DNA from: Firmicutes bacterium HGW-Firmicutes-9
GTDB taxonomy: Bacteria > Bacillota > Clostridia > Christensenellales > CAG-138
Assembly (NCBI GenBank): GCA_002841395.1
Contig: PGZM01000004.1
Coordinates: forward strand, 71,842 to 135,841
Reading direction: 5' to 3'
Length of the DNA stretch: 64,000 nt
Positions 9,179 to 18,367 of this stretch are shown in pieces. The position numbers and the translations under genes were made by a program. The first letter of the stretch is position 1. Each line of letters starts with the position of its first letter. The notes beneath the pieces were generated by a model that was given only the letters and a program-made list of their open reading frames with translations, was not told the DNA's origin and searched no databases.

Positions 9179-10093
9179 ATGCTCGATTTTCTACACGCCA
9201 ACCTATCGTATTTTCTCTCGGGCATATCGGTCGGCGGGCAGTATGCGCTCATCGCCATCGGCTACACGATGGTCTACGGCATCCTGCGCCTGATCAACTT
9301 TGCCCACGGCGATGTATTCATGGTTGCCGGTTTGATGATGGTATACCTCTCAACCGCGCTTCCCGTGACCATCGCAATTCCGCTGGTGCTCATCATGACC
9401 GTTGTCCTCGGTTTCGTGATCGAACGTGCGGCCTATAAACCCCTGCGCACAGCGCCCCGCATGTCCGTCATGATCAGCGCCATCGGCATCTCCTACCTGC
9501 TGCAGAACGCCGCGCTGTATTTCACAGGCGGCCTTGCCAAGGTATATCCCGCCATCCCGTGGCTGAGCCAGTCGGTAACGATCTGGGGCTCTACCACGAA
9601 GATGGTGACCATCGTCACACCGATTCTGACCATCGTGCTGGTGGTGCTTTTAACGCTGCTCATCAAGTACACCAAGGTCGGCATGGCGATGCGCGCGGTC
9701 TCGAAAGATTTTGAAACCAGCCGCCTGATGGGCATCCGCATCAACTCCGTCATCTCGGTGACGTTCGTGATCGGATCGTTCCTTGCCGCGGTGGGGTCGA
9801 TTCTCTACTTTACAAACTATGCGTCGGTTACCCCGATTTCAGGCGGTATGCCGGGACTGAAATGCTTCGTCGCGGCCGTATTCGGCGGCATCGGCAGCAT
9901 TCCGGGGGCTGTCATCGGCGCGTTTATCATCGGCATCGCGGAGAATATCATCAAAGGCGGCACGTCGATCTTCGGATTCGGCGGCAGCGGCTGGACGACG
10001 TTCTCGGATGCGTTTACATTTGCGCTTCTGATCATCATCCTCGTGGTGAAGCCCACCGGTCTGTTTGGCGAAAAAGCCACAGACAAGGCATAA
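9179..10093 (+). CDS. livH: Branched-chain amino-acid ABC permease (LivH family), system 1
   Basis: Multi-TM protein. N-terminal YALIAIGYTMVYGILRLINFAHGD is the LivH signature. Confidence 0.9.
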   Translation: MLDFLHANLSYFLSGISVGGQYALIAIGYTMVYGILRLINFAHGDVFMVAGLMMVYLSTALPVTIAIPLVLIMTVVLGFVIERAAYKPLRTAPRMSVMISAIGISYLLQNAALYFTGGLAKVYPAIPWLSQSVTIWGSTTKMVTIVTPILTIVLVVLLTLLIKYTKVGMAMRAVSKDFETSRLMGIRINSVISVTFVIGSFLAAVGSILYFTNYASVTPISGGMPGLKCFVAAVFGGIGSIPGAVIGAFIIGIAENIIKGGTSIFGFGGSGWTTFSDAFTFALLIIILVVKPTGLFGEKATDKA

Positions 10094-10106
10094 GGAGGAC
10101 GATTGC

Positions 10107-11228
10107 ATGAAACAAAAAAGCAAAGCGGAACTTTGGATCGCGTTTGCGGCAATCGCGCTGATCTATGTGGCTGTCACGGTGCTGGAACAGACGGTTGACT
10201 CCAACCACATCATCTTCACGGTGCTCAAAAAAGGCGCGATCTACTCGCTCGTCGCGGTCAGCATGAACCTGCTCAACGGATTCACCGGTCTCTTCTCACT
10301 CGGGCAGGCGGGCTTTATGCTCATCGGCGCGTATACATACTCGATCTTCACGATGCCGACCGAGGTTAAACTCACCGAGTCGGTCTATAAATACTATGAA
10401 GCCGCGATCAAGTTTGACACCGGCATCTTCGTCGGCTTGATCTGTGCGGGACTTGCCGCGGCGCTGTTTGCGGCGCTGATCGGTCTTCCCGTGCTGCGCC
10501 TCAAGTCGGATTACCTCGCCATCGCCACGATCGGCTTTGCGGAGATCATCCGCGCGATCTTCCAGTGGGATGTGCTCGGCCCCGTGACCAACGGCGCAAA
10601 TGTCATGCGCAACTATCTCGACCTCACGGACGTGAAAATTCCGTTTACGGATATCGCGTTCCCGCCGACGCTGTATGTCTTTCTCGCTTCCGGCGTCTGC
10701 ATTGGGCTGATCGTGCTTTTGATCAACTCGTCCTACGGGCGCGCGTTCAAGGCGATCCGCGACGATGAAGTCGCGGCGGAGGCCATGGGCATCAACCTCT
10801 TCAAGCACAAGGAGATGAGCTTCATCATCAGCTCGTTCTTTGCGGGCGTTTCCGGCGCTCTCCTTGCGATGTATCAGTACACCGTGCAGGCCGCGCAGTT
10901 TAAGAGCGCGATGACGTATGAAATCCTGCTCATCGTGGTCATCGGCGGCATCGGCTCCGTCTCCGGCAGCCTGATTGCGAGCTTCCTCTACATCGCGGCG
11001 TCCGAATGGTGGCTCCGCGGCTTGGATATGGGCAAGTTCCTCGGCATCGAAGCGCCGAATCTCTTCCGCTCCGGCTTCCGCCGGTTTGTGTTTTCCATCA
11101 TCATCATGATGATCGTGCTGTTCTTCTCCAAAGGGCTCATGGGAGACAAGGAGATTTCGTTCGCGGGACTGGTCCGGCGATTTAACAAGCGCGCGAAGAC
11201 GGCGAAGGGAGGCGGTATCGATGGCTGA
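10107..11228 (+). CDS. livM: Branched-chain amino-acid ABC permease (LivM family), system 1
   Basis: GLFSLGQAGFMLIGAY motif. Start set to the ATG at 10107, behind TAAGGAGG. Confidence 0.88.
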   Translation: MKQKSKAELWIAFAAIALIYVAVTVLEQTVDSNHIIFTVLKKGAIYSLVAVSMNLLNGFTGLFSLGQAGFMLIGAYTYSIFTMPTEVKLTESVYKYYEAAIKFDTGIFVGLICAGLAAALFAALIGLPVLRLKSDYLAIATIGFAEIIRAIFQWDVLGPVTNGANVMRNYLDLTDVKIPFTDIAFPPTLYVFLASGVCIGLIVLLINSSYGRAFKAIRDDEVAAEAMGINLFKHKEMSFIISSFFAGVSGALLAMYQYTVQAAQFKSAMTYEILLIVVIGGIGSVSGSLIASFLYIAASEWWLRGLDMGKFLGIEAPNLFRSGFRRFVFSIIIMMIVLFFSKGLMGDKEISFAGLVRRFNKRAKTAKGGGIDG

Positions 11229-12063
11229 GAACGTGCTGAAACTCGAAAACGTAACCATGCAGTTCGGCGGCGTCGTCGCCGTCAACAACCTCTCGCTGGA
11301 GGTCAACAAGGGCGAGATCGTCGCTTTGATCGGCCCAAACGGCGCGGGCAAGACCACGGCGTTCAACTGCGTCACCGGCATCTATGACCCCACGAACGGC
11401 AAGATTTCGTTCAACGGGAAGACCATCGTGGAAAACCATCCGCGCGGCAAGATGAAGAAGCTCTACGCGGGCGAAAACGCGAAGCTCTACGTGAATTCGC
11501 GCACGGTGGATCCCACGCCCGATATGGTCACCAAGCTGGGCATCGCGCGTACATTCCAGAACATCCGGCTCTGGAAGAGCATGACGGTGTTTGATAACGT
11601 CCTCACCGCCAAGCACATGCGCGCCAAGCAAAACGTGCTGACCGCGACGCTGCGCCTCGCCTACAAGGAAGAGAAGCGCATGCGCGAGGAGACCGCGGCG
11701 CTCTTGGAAGAGCAGAACCTGCTGCAATACGCAAACGATCTCGCGGTGAGCCTGCCTTATGGCCTGCAGCGCCGGTTGGAGATTGCACGCGCGCTCGCGA
11801 CCGATCCCAAACTGCTGCTGCTGGACGAACCCGCCGCGGGCATGAACCCGCAGGAGACGCAGGAGCTCGGCGAGTTCATCGTGCAGATCAAGAACAAGTA
11901 CGACCTGACGGTCTTCATGATCGAGCACCACATGGATCTGGTCATGCAGTTTTCCGACCGCATCTATGTCATCGACTTCGGCCGGCTCATCAGCAACGGA
12001 ACGCCCGCCGTCGTGCAAGCGGACCCGAAGGTTATCAACGCGTATCTGGGGGTGGCGGAATGA
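11221..12063 (+). CDS. livG: ABC ATP-binding protein (LivG family), system 1, with an extra insert of about 26 aa
   Basis: Walker A GPNGAGKTT, signature LPYGLQRRLEIARAL, Walker B LLLLDEP. The ATG overlaps the livM stop. Confidence 0.9.
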   Translation: MAENVLKLENVTMQFGGVVAVNNLSLEVNKGEIVALIGPNGAGKTTAFNCVTGIYDPTNGKISFNGKTIVENHPRGKMKKLYAGENAKLYVNSRTVDPTPDMVTKLGIARTFQNIRLWKSMTVFDNVLTAKHMRAKQNVLTATLRLAYKEEKRMREETAALLEEQNLLQYANDLAVSLPYGLQRRLEIARALATDPKLLLLDEPAAGMNPQETQELGEFIVQIKNKYDLTVFMIEHHMDLVMQFSDRIYVIDFGRLISNGTPAVVQADPKVINAYLGVAE

Positions 12064-12770
12064 GCGATATCATACTCAGCATCAAAGACCTCAAGGTCAA
12101 CTACGGCGGCATCGAGGCTGTCAAGGGCATCAGCTTTGATGTGCCCAAGGGCGACATCGTGACCCTCATCGGCGCAAACGGCGCGGGCAAAAGCTCCACC
12201 CTGCGTGCCATCGCGGGACTGGTCAAACCCAAGAGCGGCAGCATTGAGTTCGAGGGCGAAACCCTGACCGGCAAGGACACGACAGTGATCGTCAGCCGCG
12301 GCATCACTTTGGTTCCCGAAGGACGGCGGATTTTCCCCGACCTGACGGTGTTGGAAAACCTCCGCGTCGGCGCGTATATGCGCAAAGACGATATCACACC
12401 GGACATCAACTGGGTCTACGAGCTGTTTCCGCGGCTCAAGGAACGCTGCTGGCAGGCAGGCGGTACGCTCTCCGGCGGAGAGCAGCAGATGCTCGCGGTC
12501 GGGCGCGCGCTCATGAGTCGTCCGAAGCTCATGATGATGGACGAGCCTTCGCTGGGTCTTGCGCCGTTGATCGTGCGTGATATCTTCTCGATCATCAAGG
12601 AGATCAACAAGCGCGGCGTGACGATCCTGCTCATCGAGCAAAACGCGAACATGGCGCTCTCGACGGCGGACACGGGCTATGTCATGGAGACCGGGCGCAT
12701 CACGATGTCCGGCCCTGGCAAAGAACTGCTGACCAACGAGGCCGTCAAGGCGGCATATCTCGGTACCTGA
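12060..12770 (+). CDS. livF: ABC ATP-binding protein (LivF family), system 1
   Basis: GANGAGKSS, LSGGEQQMLAVGRAL, MMMDEPS. ATGA overlap with livG. Confidence 0.9.
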   Translation: MSDIILSIKDLKVNYGGIEAVKGISFDVPKGDIVTLIGANGAGKSSTLRAIAGLVKPKSGSIEFEGETLTGKDTTVIVSRGITLVPEGRRIFPDLTVLENLRVGAYMRKDDITPDINWVYELFPRLKERCWQAGGTLSGGEQQMLAVGRALMSRPKLMMMDEPSLGLAPLIVRDIFSIIKEINKRGVTILLIEQNANMALSTADTGYVMETGRITMSGPGKELLTNEAVKAAYLGT

Positions 12771-12792
12771 TTCACGAAAACAACACAAATTG

Positions 12793-12822
12793 GCGGCTGC
12801 GATCAAACGCAGCCGCTTTTTT
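12793..12822 (+). terminator. Intrinsic terminator of liv operon 1
   Basis: GCGGCTGCG-ATCAAA-CGCAGCCGC followed by TTTTTT. Confidence 0.8.
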
Positions 12823-12855
12823 GCGCGCAACGCACCCCTTTTCGGGATTGTTCGC

Positions 12856-12883
12856 TTGACAAACTAATCATATATGATAAACT
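12856..12883 (+). promoter_or_regulatory. Promoter driving the lysine riboswitch leader
   Basis: TTGACA, 16 nt spacer, extended -10 TGaTAAACT. Confidence 0.55.
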
Positions 12884-12903
12884 ACTCCTACAATTTCATA
12901 GGT

Positions 12904-13055
12904 CTGATGAGAGAGGCGCGGTTGTCAAGAGTAGCGCGAAAGCGTGAAAGGGGCTGCCGCCGAAGCTTCCAAACCACCGTACAAGCGGAGGAGAGGTTGC
13001 TGGGCTGCGGGAGAATATGTCGCAGACTGTCACGAAAGTGGAGCGCTGTCATCGG
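12904..13055 (+). promoter_or_regulatory. Lysine riboswitch (L-box) aptamer
   Basis: Conserved L-box blocks appear in the right order: AGAGGCGC, CAAGAGTAG, GAAAGGGG, GCCGAAG, CTGGGCTG, ACTGTCA, GGAGCGCT. P1 closes as CTGATGA/TCATCGG. Confidence 0.8.
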
Positions 13056-13102
13056 TCAAGAGCGGACAGAGGCGTCCGCTCGCATCATCGTATGCACGAC
13101 CG

Positions 13103-13140
13103 CGCGTTTTCCATTTGACCGGAAAACGCGTATTTATTTG
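13103..13140 (+). terminator. Riboswitch expression-platform terminator
   Basis: CGCGTTTTCC-ATTTGACC-GGAAAACGCG followed by TATTTATTT. Confidence 0.7.
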
Positions 13141-13147
13141 CCAAAAC

Positions 13148-13195
13148 AAGCGCGCTGACCGGAGAGAAAGAACCGGAAAGCGCGTTTGTTTTTAC
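13148..13195 (+). terminator. Second terminator-like hairpin in the same leader
   Basis: AAGCGCGCT..CCGG-(10 nt)-CCGG..AGCGCGTTT followed by GTTTTT. Confidence 0.45.
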
Positions 13196-13256
13196 CTCAT
13201 CACTCTGAAATTGTAAGAAATTCAATCAATAAGAGTAAGAGAGGAAACAAGTTTTT

Positions 13257-14105
13257 ATGAAGAAGATCATTGCCCTCGTGTTTGCGCTGATGCTCGTCGT
13301 GTCGAGCGTTGCCTGCACCGCAAAGCCCGCAAGCACCGAACCCGTCACCGGCGTGGAAGATGGAATCTTGACCGTCGCGATGGAGTGCGCCTACGCGCCC
13401 TACAACTGGACACAGCCGACCGACGCAAACGGCGCGGTGCCGATCAAGGACTCCAACGAGTTCGCCAACGGCTACGACGTCATGATGGCGAAAAAGCTCT
13501 GTGAAGCCAACGGTTGGCAGCTCGAAATCGTCCGCCTCGACTGGGATTCGCTGATCCCTGCCGTGCAGACGGGCCAGATCGACGCGGTCATCGCGGGACA
13601 GAGCATGACGCCGGAGCGCATGGAAGTCGTCGACTTCGCCGGCCCGTATCTCTACGCGTCCATCGTTTGCGTCACCCTGAGCAGCTCCACATTTGCCTCC
13701 GCCAAGGGCATTTCCGACCTCGCGGGCGGCACCTGCACAAGCCAGCTCGGCACGATTTGGTATGATACCTGCCTGCCGCAGATCAAGGATGCAAAGATCC
13801 AGCCCGCCGCCGAGACCGCGCCCGCGATGCTCATGGCGCTCGAGACCGGCACGGTCGATTTCGTCTGCACCGATATGCCGACCGCACAGGGTGCGCTGGC
13901 AGCCTATCCCGATATGACGATCCTCAACTTCGCGGGCAGCGGCGATGATTTCGCCGTCTCCGACAGCGATGTGAACATTGGCATCTCCGTGCGCAAGGGC
14001 AACAACGTGCTGCTCGACGCGCTCAACAAAATGCTCTCCGGTATGACGGCGGACGATTTCAACGCGATCATGGCGGATGCCATCGCCGTGCAGCCCATCG
14101 GCTAA
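13257..14105 (+). CDS. Polar amino-acid ABC substrate-binding lipoprotein (family 3), probably for lysine
   Basis: Lipobox SSVAC. SBP_bac_3-like sequence. Downstream of the L-box. Confidence 0.88.
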   Translation: MKKIIALVFALMLVVSSVACTAKPASTEPVTGVEDGILTVAMECAYAPYNWTQPTDANGAVPIKDSNEFANGYDVMMAKKLCEANGWQLEIVRLDWDSLIPAVQTGQIDAVIAGQSMTPERMEVVDFAGPYLYASIVCVTLSSSTFASAKGISDLAGGTCTSQLGTIWYDTCLPQIKDAKIQPAAETAPAMLMALETGTVDFVCTDMPTAQGALAAYPDMTILNFAGSGDDFAVSDSDVNIGISVRKGNNVLLDALNKMLSGMTADDFNAIMADAIAVQPIG

Positions 14106-14221
14106 ACGGAAGCATAGCGGTATTATTTCGATGAACGCAGGGTCAAGGCGCGCCGTTTTTTCGGCTCGCCTTGCCTTGTTGTTTGAAGCACAGTGATAAT
14201 TTTAGTGAGGAGTGTGTGTCC

Positions 14222-15043
14222 ATGAGCAATCTTGCTCAGCTTGGCAGCGACATCGTCAAGCTCTGGAACAACTACGCGAGCGTCTATCTCACCGGTATGT
14301 GGAAGACGGTCTCGCTTGCGGTGATCTGCACGCTGGTCGGCTGCCTGATCGGCTTTTTGTGCGGCGTGCTGCAGACCATCCCCGTCGCCAAGAAGGACAA
14401 CCCGCTCAAGAAGGGCTTGCTCGGCGTTCTGCGCGGCATCATCCGCGCGTACGTTGAGGTGTTTCGCGGAACTCCGATGATCTTGCAGGCGGTGTTCGTC
14501 TATTACGGACTGCCGTATTTTACGAATAACGCGGTGCAGTGGAAGAGCGTCTGGCTCGCGGCGTTCGTCGTTGTCGCCGTCAACACGGGCGCTTACATGG
14601 CGGAGACCGTGCGCGGCGGCATCCTCTCGGTCGACCCGGGGCAGACCGAGGGCGCAAAAGCCATCGGCATGACGCACTGGCAGACCATGACGAGCGTGAT
14701 TCTGCCGCAGGCGCTGCGCAGCATCCTGCCGCAGATCGGCAACAACTTCATCATCAACCTCAAGGACACCTCCGTGATGTTCATCATCGGCTACACGGAC
14801 TTTTTCGCCACGCACAAGGCGGTCGTGGGAGCAACGTTTCTTTATTTCCCCTCCGCGACCATCGAGATGGCAGGCTATCTATTTATGACGCTGGTCAGCT
14901 CAATACTGCTCAGGTGGTGGGAGAAGCGAATGGACGGAGACGCTAGCTATGATTTGGCCACCACCGATACGCTGGCGCATACGAGCGGAATGGTTCGCTT
15001 TCCGAAGAGCAGCGGCGACGCCGCGGACGAAAGGGGGCGTTGA
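14222..15043 (+). CDS. Polar amino-acid ABC permease (HisM/GlnP family)
   Basis: EAA-loop region [41 protein letters not shown] at 14222 behind GAGGAG. Confidence 0.88.
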   Translation: MSNLAQLGSDIVKLWNNYASVYLTGMWKTVSLAVICTLVGCLIGFLCGVLQTIPVAKKDNPLKKGLLGVLRGIIRAYVEVFRGTPMILQAVFVYYGLPYFTNNAVQWKSVWLAAFVVVAVNTGAYMAETVRGGILSVDPGQTEGAKAIGMTHWQTMTSVILPQALRSILPQIGNNFIINLKDTSVMFIIGYTDFFATHKAVVGATFLYFPSATIEMAGYLFMTLVSSILLRWWEKRMDGDASYDLATTDTLAHTSGMVRFPKSSGDAADERGR

Positions 15044-15044
15044 C

Positions 15045-15785
15045 ATGAGCGAACAGATCTTATCGATCAACCACCTGAGTAAATCGTTCGGCAAGAACGT
15101 CGTGCTCAAGGACATCGATTTTTCCGTGAGCCGCGGCGACGTAACGAGCATCATCGGCGCGTCCGGTTCCGGAAAAAGCACGCTATTGCGCTGCATCAAC
15201 CTGCTGGAAACGCCCACTGCGGGACAGATTCTCTTTCATGAGGAAGACATCACGCGCCGCGGCTACAACGTGCCCGCCTACCGCGCGAAGGTCGGCATGG
15301 TGTTCCAGAACTTCAACCTCTTCAACAACATGACCGTACTGGACAACTGCATGGTCGGTCTGATCCGTGTCATGCACAAAGATCGTGAGACGGCGGAACA
15401 GACCGCGCGCTTCTATCTCGACAAAGTTGGCATGCTGCCGTATATCCACGCAAAGCCGCGCCAGATTTCCGGCGGGCAGAAGCAGCGCGTCGCCATCGCC
15501 CGCGCGCTTGCGATGGAGCCGGAGGTGCTGCTCTTTGACGAGCCGACATCCGCGCTCGACCCGCAGATGGTCGGTGAGGTGCTGGACGTTATGAAGACGC
15601 TCGTGAAAGAGGGGCTGACCATGCTGGTCGTGACCCACGAGATGGCGTTTGCGCGGGATGTGTCGAGCAGAACGGTCTTCATGAAGGACGGCGTCATCTG
15701 GGAAGACGGCGCACCGGAGCAGATTTTCGGCACGCCGGAACGCCCGGAGACAAAGGAATTTCTCTCGCGGTTCTTTGATCGTTGA
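15045..15785 (+). CDS. Polar amino-acid ABC ATP-binding protein (GlnQ family)
   Basis: [35 protein letters not shown]. The ATG lies 2 nt after the permease stop. Confidence 0.92.
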   Translation: MSEQILSINHLSKSFGKNVVLKDIDFSVSRGDVTSIIGASGSGKSTLLRCINLLETPTAGQILFHEEDITRRGYNVPAYRAKVGMVFQNFNLFNNMTVLDNCMVGLIRVMHKDRETAEQTARFYLDKVGMLPYIHAKPRQISGGQKQRVAIARALAMEPEVLLFDEPTSALDPQMVGEVLDVMKTLVKEGLTMLVVTHEMAFARDVSSRTVFMKDGVIWEDGAPEQIFGTPERPETKEFLSRFFDR

Positions 15786-15807
15786 CGTTTGAGCGTTAAC
15801 TTTTCTC

Positions 15808-15835
15808 GGCCATCCTATGGGATGGCCTTTTTCTT
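15808..15835 (+). terminator. Intrinsic terminator of the amino-acid ABC operon
   Basis: GGCCATCC-TATG-GGATGGCC followed by TTTTTCTT. Confidence 0.8.
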
Positions 15836-15885
15836 GGCGAACGGGATAGGGAATGCCGTTGCTCAAACAACACGCAAAGAACCCA

Positions 15886-15914
15886 TTGACGCGTTATGTC
15901 TCACCGCATACAAT
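15886..15914 (+). promoter_or_regulatory. Promoter of the GGDEF/HD-GYP gene
   Basis: TTGACG, 17 nt spacer, TACAAT. Confidence 0.55.
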
Positions 15915-15987
15915 GAAAGCAACAGTCTTTTCTGATTGATTTTAAGGCAACGAAAACCAATGTCTTCACAAAGGCGGTGGAACCCGG

Positions 15988-18312
15988 TTGAAAAAGAAAC
16001 CAGCCTTCTATGTACTGATTGTTTTGTGCATTACGGTCATGTTAGCGGCAGGATATTCCCTGTACCGCCTGATTAACACGCCCGATCTTACGGATCAGCC
16101 GGATGCCAATACGATCTCCGTCGTGTTGGATGACAACTACCCGCCCTATGTGTTCCGCAACGCAACCGGCGAACTGCAGGGCATTCTCGTGGATCAATGG
16201 GCGCTTTGGAGCAAGCAAACCGGCGTGACGGCGGAGCTTTTTGCAATGGACTGGGCGGATGCGCTGGCCGGCATGCGCGCGGGTAAATATGATGTCATCG
16301 ATACCGTTTTCTTAAACGAAGAGCGAGACGGATGGCTCGACTTTACAAAACCCTACGCCACCATCGACGTTCCCATTTATCATAGCAACAAAATCGGCGG
16401 CATCACCGATCCGGCGTCTCTTGCCGGATTTACCGTCGCGGTCAAGGCAGGCGACGCATGCATCCCGATTCTAAAAGAAGCCGGCGTGACTGATATTGAA
16501 GCGTATCCGAGCTATGAGGCGGTCGTCGACGCGGCAAAGAACGGGACAGTTAACATCTTTGTCGTGGACGAGCCCGCCGCGCTGTATTATCTTTTCCAAA
16601 AAGGCATTGCGGATGAATTCAGCAGAAGCCAGTCGCTCTATTCTGGACAATTCCACCGCGCGGTGAGACAGGGCGACGCGCAGATGCTTGCCCTGGTAGA
16701 ACAGGGTTTTTCCGAGATTTCGAGCGAACAACTGCATCAGATCGACGATAAATGGTTCGGACGCGCCAGCACATGGCTTTATCTGAACTATTTCATGGAA
16801 TCCGTATTGGTCGTCGTAGCGGTGGTCGCCGCGATCTTCCTCTGGGTGACGATCTGGAATCGCCGTCTCCGCAAAGAGGTGCGCAAGAAAACGCAGGAGC
16901 TGCTGTGTGAAAAGGAAATGCTGGATATCACGCTGCAGTCCATCGGCGACGGTGTCGTCGCAACGGATGTGGAGGGCGCGATCACGCTGCTGAACCCCAC
17001 CGCACGGCGTATGACCGGCTGGGACGACGATGCGCTGGGAGAGAAGTTTACCACAGTGCTGAAGCTGATCAACGAGGAAACCGAGGAACCCGTCAGTTCG
17101 CCGATTGAGAAGGTGCTCAAAACGGGAGAGATCGTAGGCCTCGCCAACCATACCGCGCTGATCAACCGGCAGGGCGCGAAGACACCGATTGCCGACGGTG
17201 CCGCCCCGATTCGCGACGCGGACGGGCAGATCTACGGCGTGGTGATGGTGTTCCGCGATGTGACGCAGGAGAAGCAGCAGCGCGAGGAGATCGAATACAT
17301 CATGTCGCACGACTCCATGACCGGGTTGTATAACCGCTGGTATATGGAGGAGCTGCTCAATCGCTATGACCAGCAGGACAACACATGCGCGCTGATCATG
17401 GGCGACCTCAACGGCCTGAAACTCGTCAACGACGCATTCGGCCACTATGAAGGAGACAAGTTCATCCGCAAGATCGCGGCAATCCTCAAGCGTTGCAGCG
17501 GCATGCGGGACATCGTCTCCCGCTGGGGCGGAGATGAGTTTTTGATCCTCATGCCTGACGCGACGGTTGCGGATGCGGAGCGGTTTATTGAGCGCGTGAC
17601 GGAGCGCTGCAGCGCGGAGAGTGACGAAAAGCTGCAGCTCAGCATCGCGCTTGGCTACGCCGTGCGAACAAACGAAGACGAGAGCCTGCAGGAAGTGCTG
17701 CGCGCGGCAGAACAGCTGACCTATCGCCGCAAGTTGATGATCGAGAAGAGCTTCCGTAACAGCGTGATCAACGCGCTGCTTGCGACGCTCAACGCAAAGA
17801 GCGAGGAGACGGAGGAGCACGCGGAGCGTCTGCGGCACTATTGCACCGAGCTAGGCAAGATCCTCGGCATCTCCAATAAGATGCAAGACGAGATGTCGCT
17901 GTTCTCGATGCTGCACGACATCGGCAAAGTCGGAATCAATGATGCGATCTTGCAAAAACCCGGCGCGCTGACGGAAGCGGAATGGCTCGAGATGCGCAAG
18001 CATCCAGAAATTGGTTTCCGCATCGCGCAGAACAACGTCGATCTTGCGCCGATTTCGGAATACATTCTTTCGCACCATGAGCGCTGGGACGGCAAGGGCT
18101 ATCCGCGCGGGCTGAAGGAGGAAGAGATTCCAATTCTCTCGCGCATTCTCGCGGTCGTAGACGCGTTTGACGCGATGACCAACGAACGAATCTACAGCAA
18201 GCCGAGAAGCCACGAGGAGGCCGCACAGGAGATTCTGCGCTGTGCCGGAAGCCAGTTTGATCCAAAGATCGCCCAGGCATTTGTCGAACAGGTGCTGGGC
18301 ATGAGATTCTGA
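15988..18312 (+). CDS. Membrane sensor protein: extracytoplasmic SBP-like domain, TM, PAS, GGDEF and HD-GYP (c-di-GMP synthesis and hydrolysis domains)
   Basis: TTG start. N-terminal TM then SBP_bac_3-like region, second TM, PAS-like segment, RWGGDEF, then HDIGK and HHERWDGKGYP. Confidence 0.86.
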   Translation: MKKKPAFYVLIVLCITVMLAAGYSLYRLINTPDLTDQPDANTISVVLDDNYPPYVFRNATGELQGILVDQWALWSKQTGVTAELFAMDWADALAGMRAGKYDVIDTVFLNEERDGWLDFTKPYATIDVPIYHSNKIGGITDPASLAGFTVAVKAGDACIPILKEAGVTDIEAYPSYEAVVDAAKNGTVNIFVVDEPAALYYLFQKGIADEFSRSQSLYSGQFHRAVRQGDAQMLALVEQGFSEISSEQLHQIDDKWFGRASTWLYLNYFMESVLVVVAVVAAIFLWVTIWNRRLRKEVRKKTQELLCEKEMLDITLQSIGDGVVATDVEGAITLLNPTARRMTGWDDDALGEKFTTVLKLINEETEEPVSSPIEKVLKTGEIVGLANHTALINRQGAKTPIADGAAPIRDADGQIYGVVMVFRDVTQEKQQREEIEYIMSHDSMTGLYNRWYMEELLNRYDQQDNTCALIMGDLNGLKLVNDAFGHYEGDKFIRKIAAILKRCSGMRDIVSRWGGDEFLILMPDATVADAERFIERVTERCSAESDEKLQLSIALGYAVRTNEDESLQEVLRAAEQLTYRRKLMIEKSFRNSVINALLATLNAKSEETEEHAERLRHYCTELGKILGISNKMQDEMSLFSMLHDIGKVGINDAILQKPGALTEAEWLEMRKHPEIGFRIAQNNVDLAPISEYILSHHERWDGKGYPRGLKEEEIPILSRILAVVDAFDAMTNERIYSKPRSHEEAAQEILRCAGSQFDPKIAQAFVEQVLGMRF

Positions 18313-18326
18313 TACAATTAGCAATA

Positions 18327-18356
18327 CAAAAACCCCGCCGTGAGGCGGGGTTTTTT
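18327..18356. terminator. Bidirectional terminator between convergent genes
   Basis: AAAAA-CCCCGCC-GTGA-GGCGGGG-TTTTTT. Confidence 0.85.
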
Positions 18357-18367
18357 ATTTGTTTTGT

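Noticed and set aside
12874-13216. Two ORFs of 90-94 aa upstream of the amino-acid ABC operon.
   Set aside because: They lie inside the lysine riboswitch and its terminators. The conserved L-box blocks explain the sequence.
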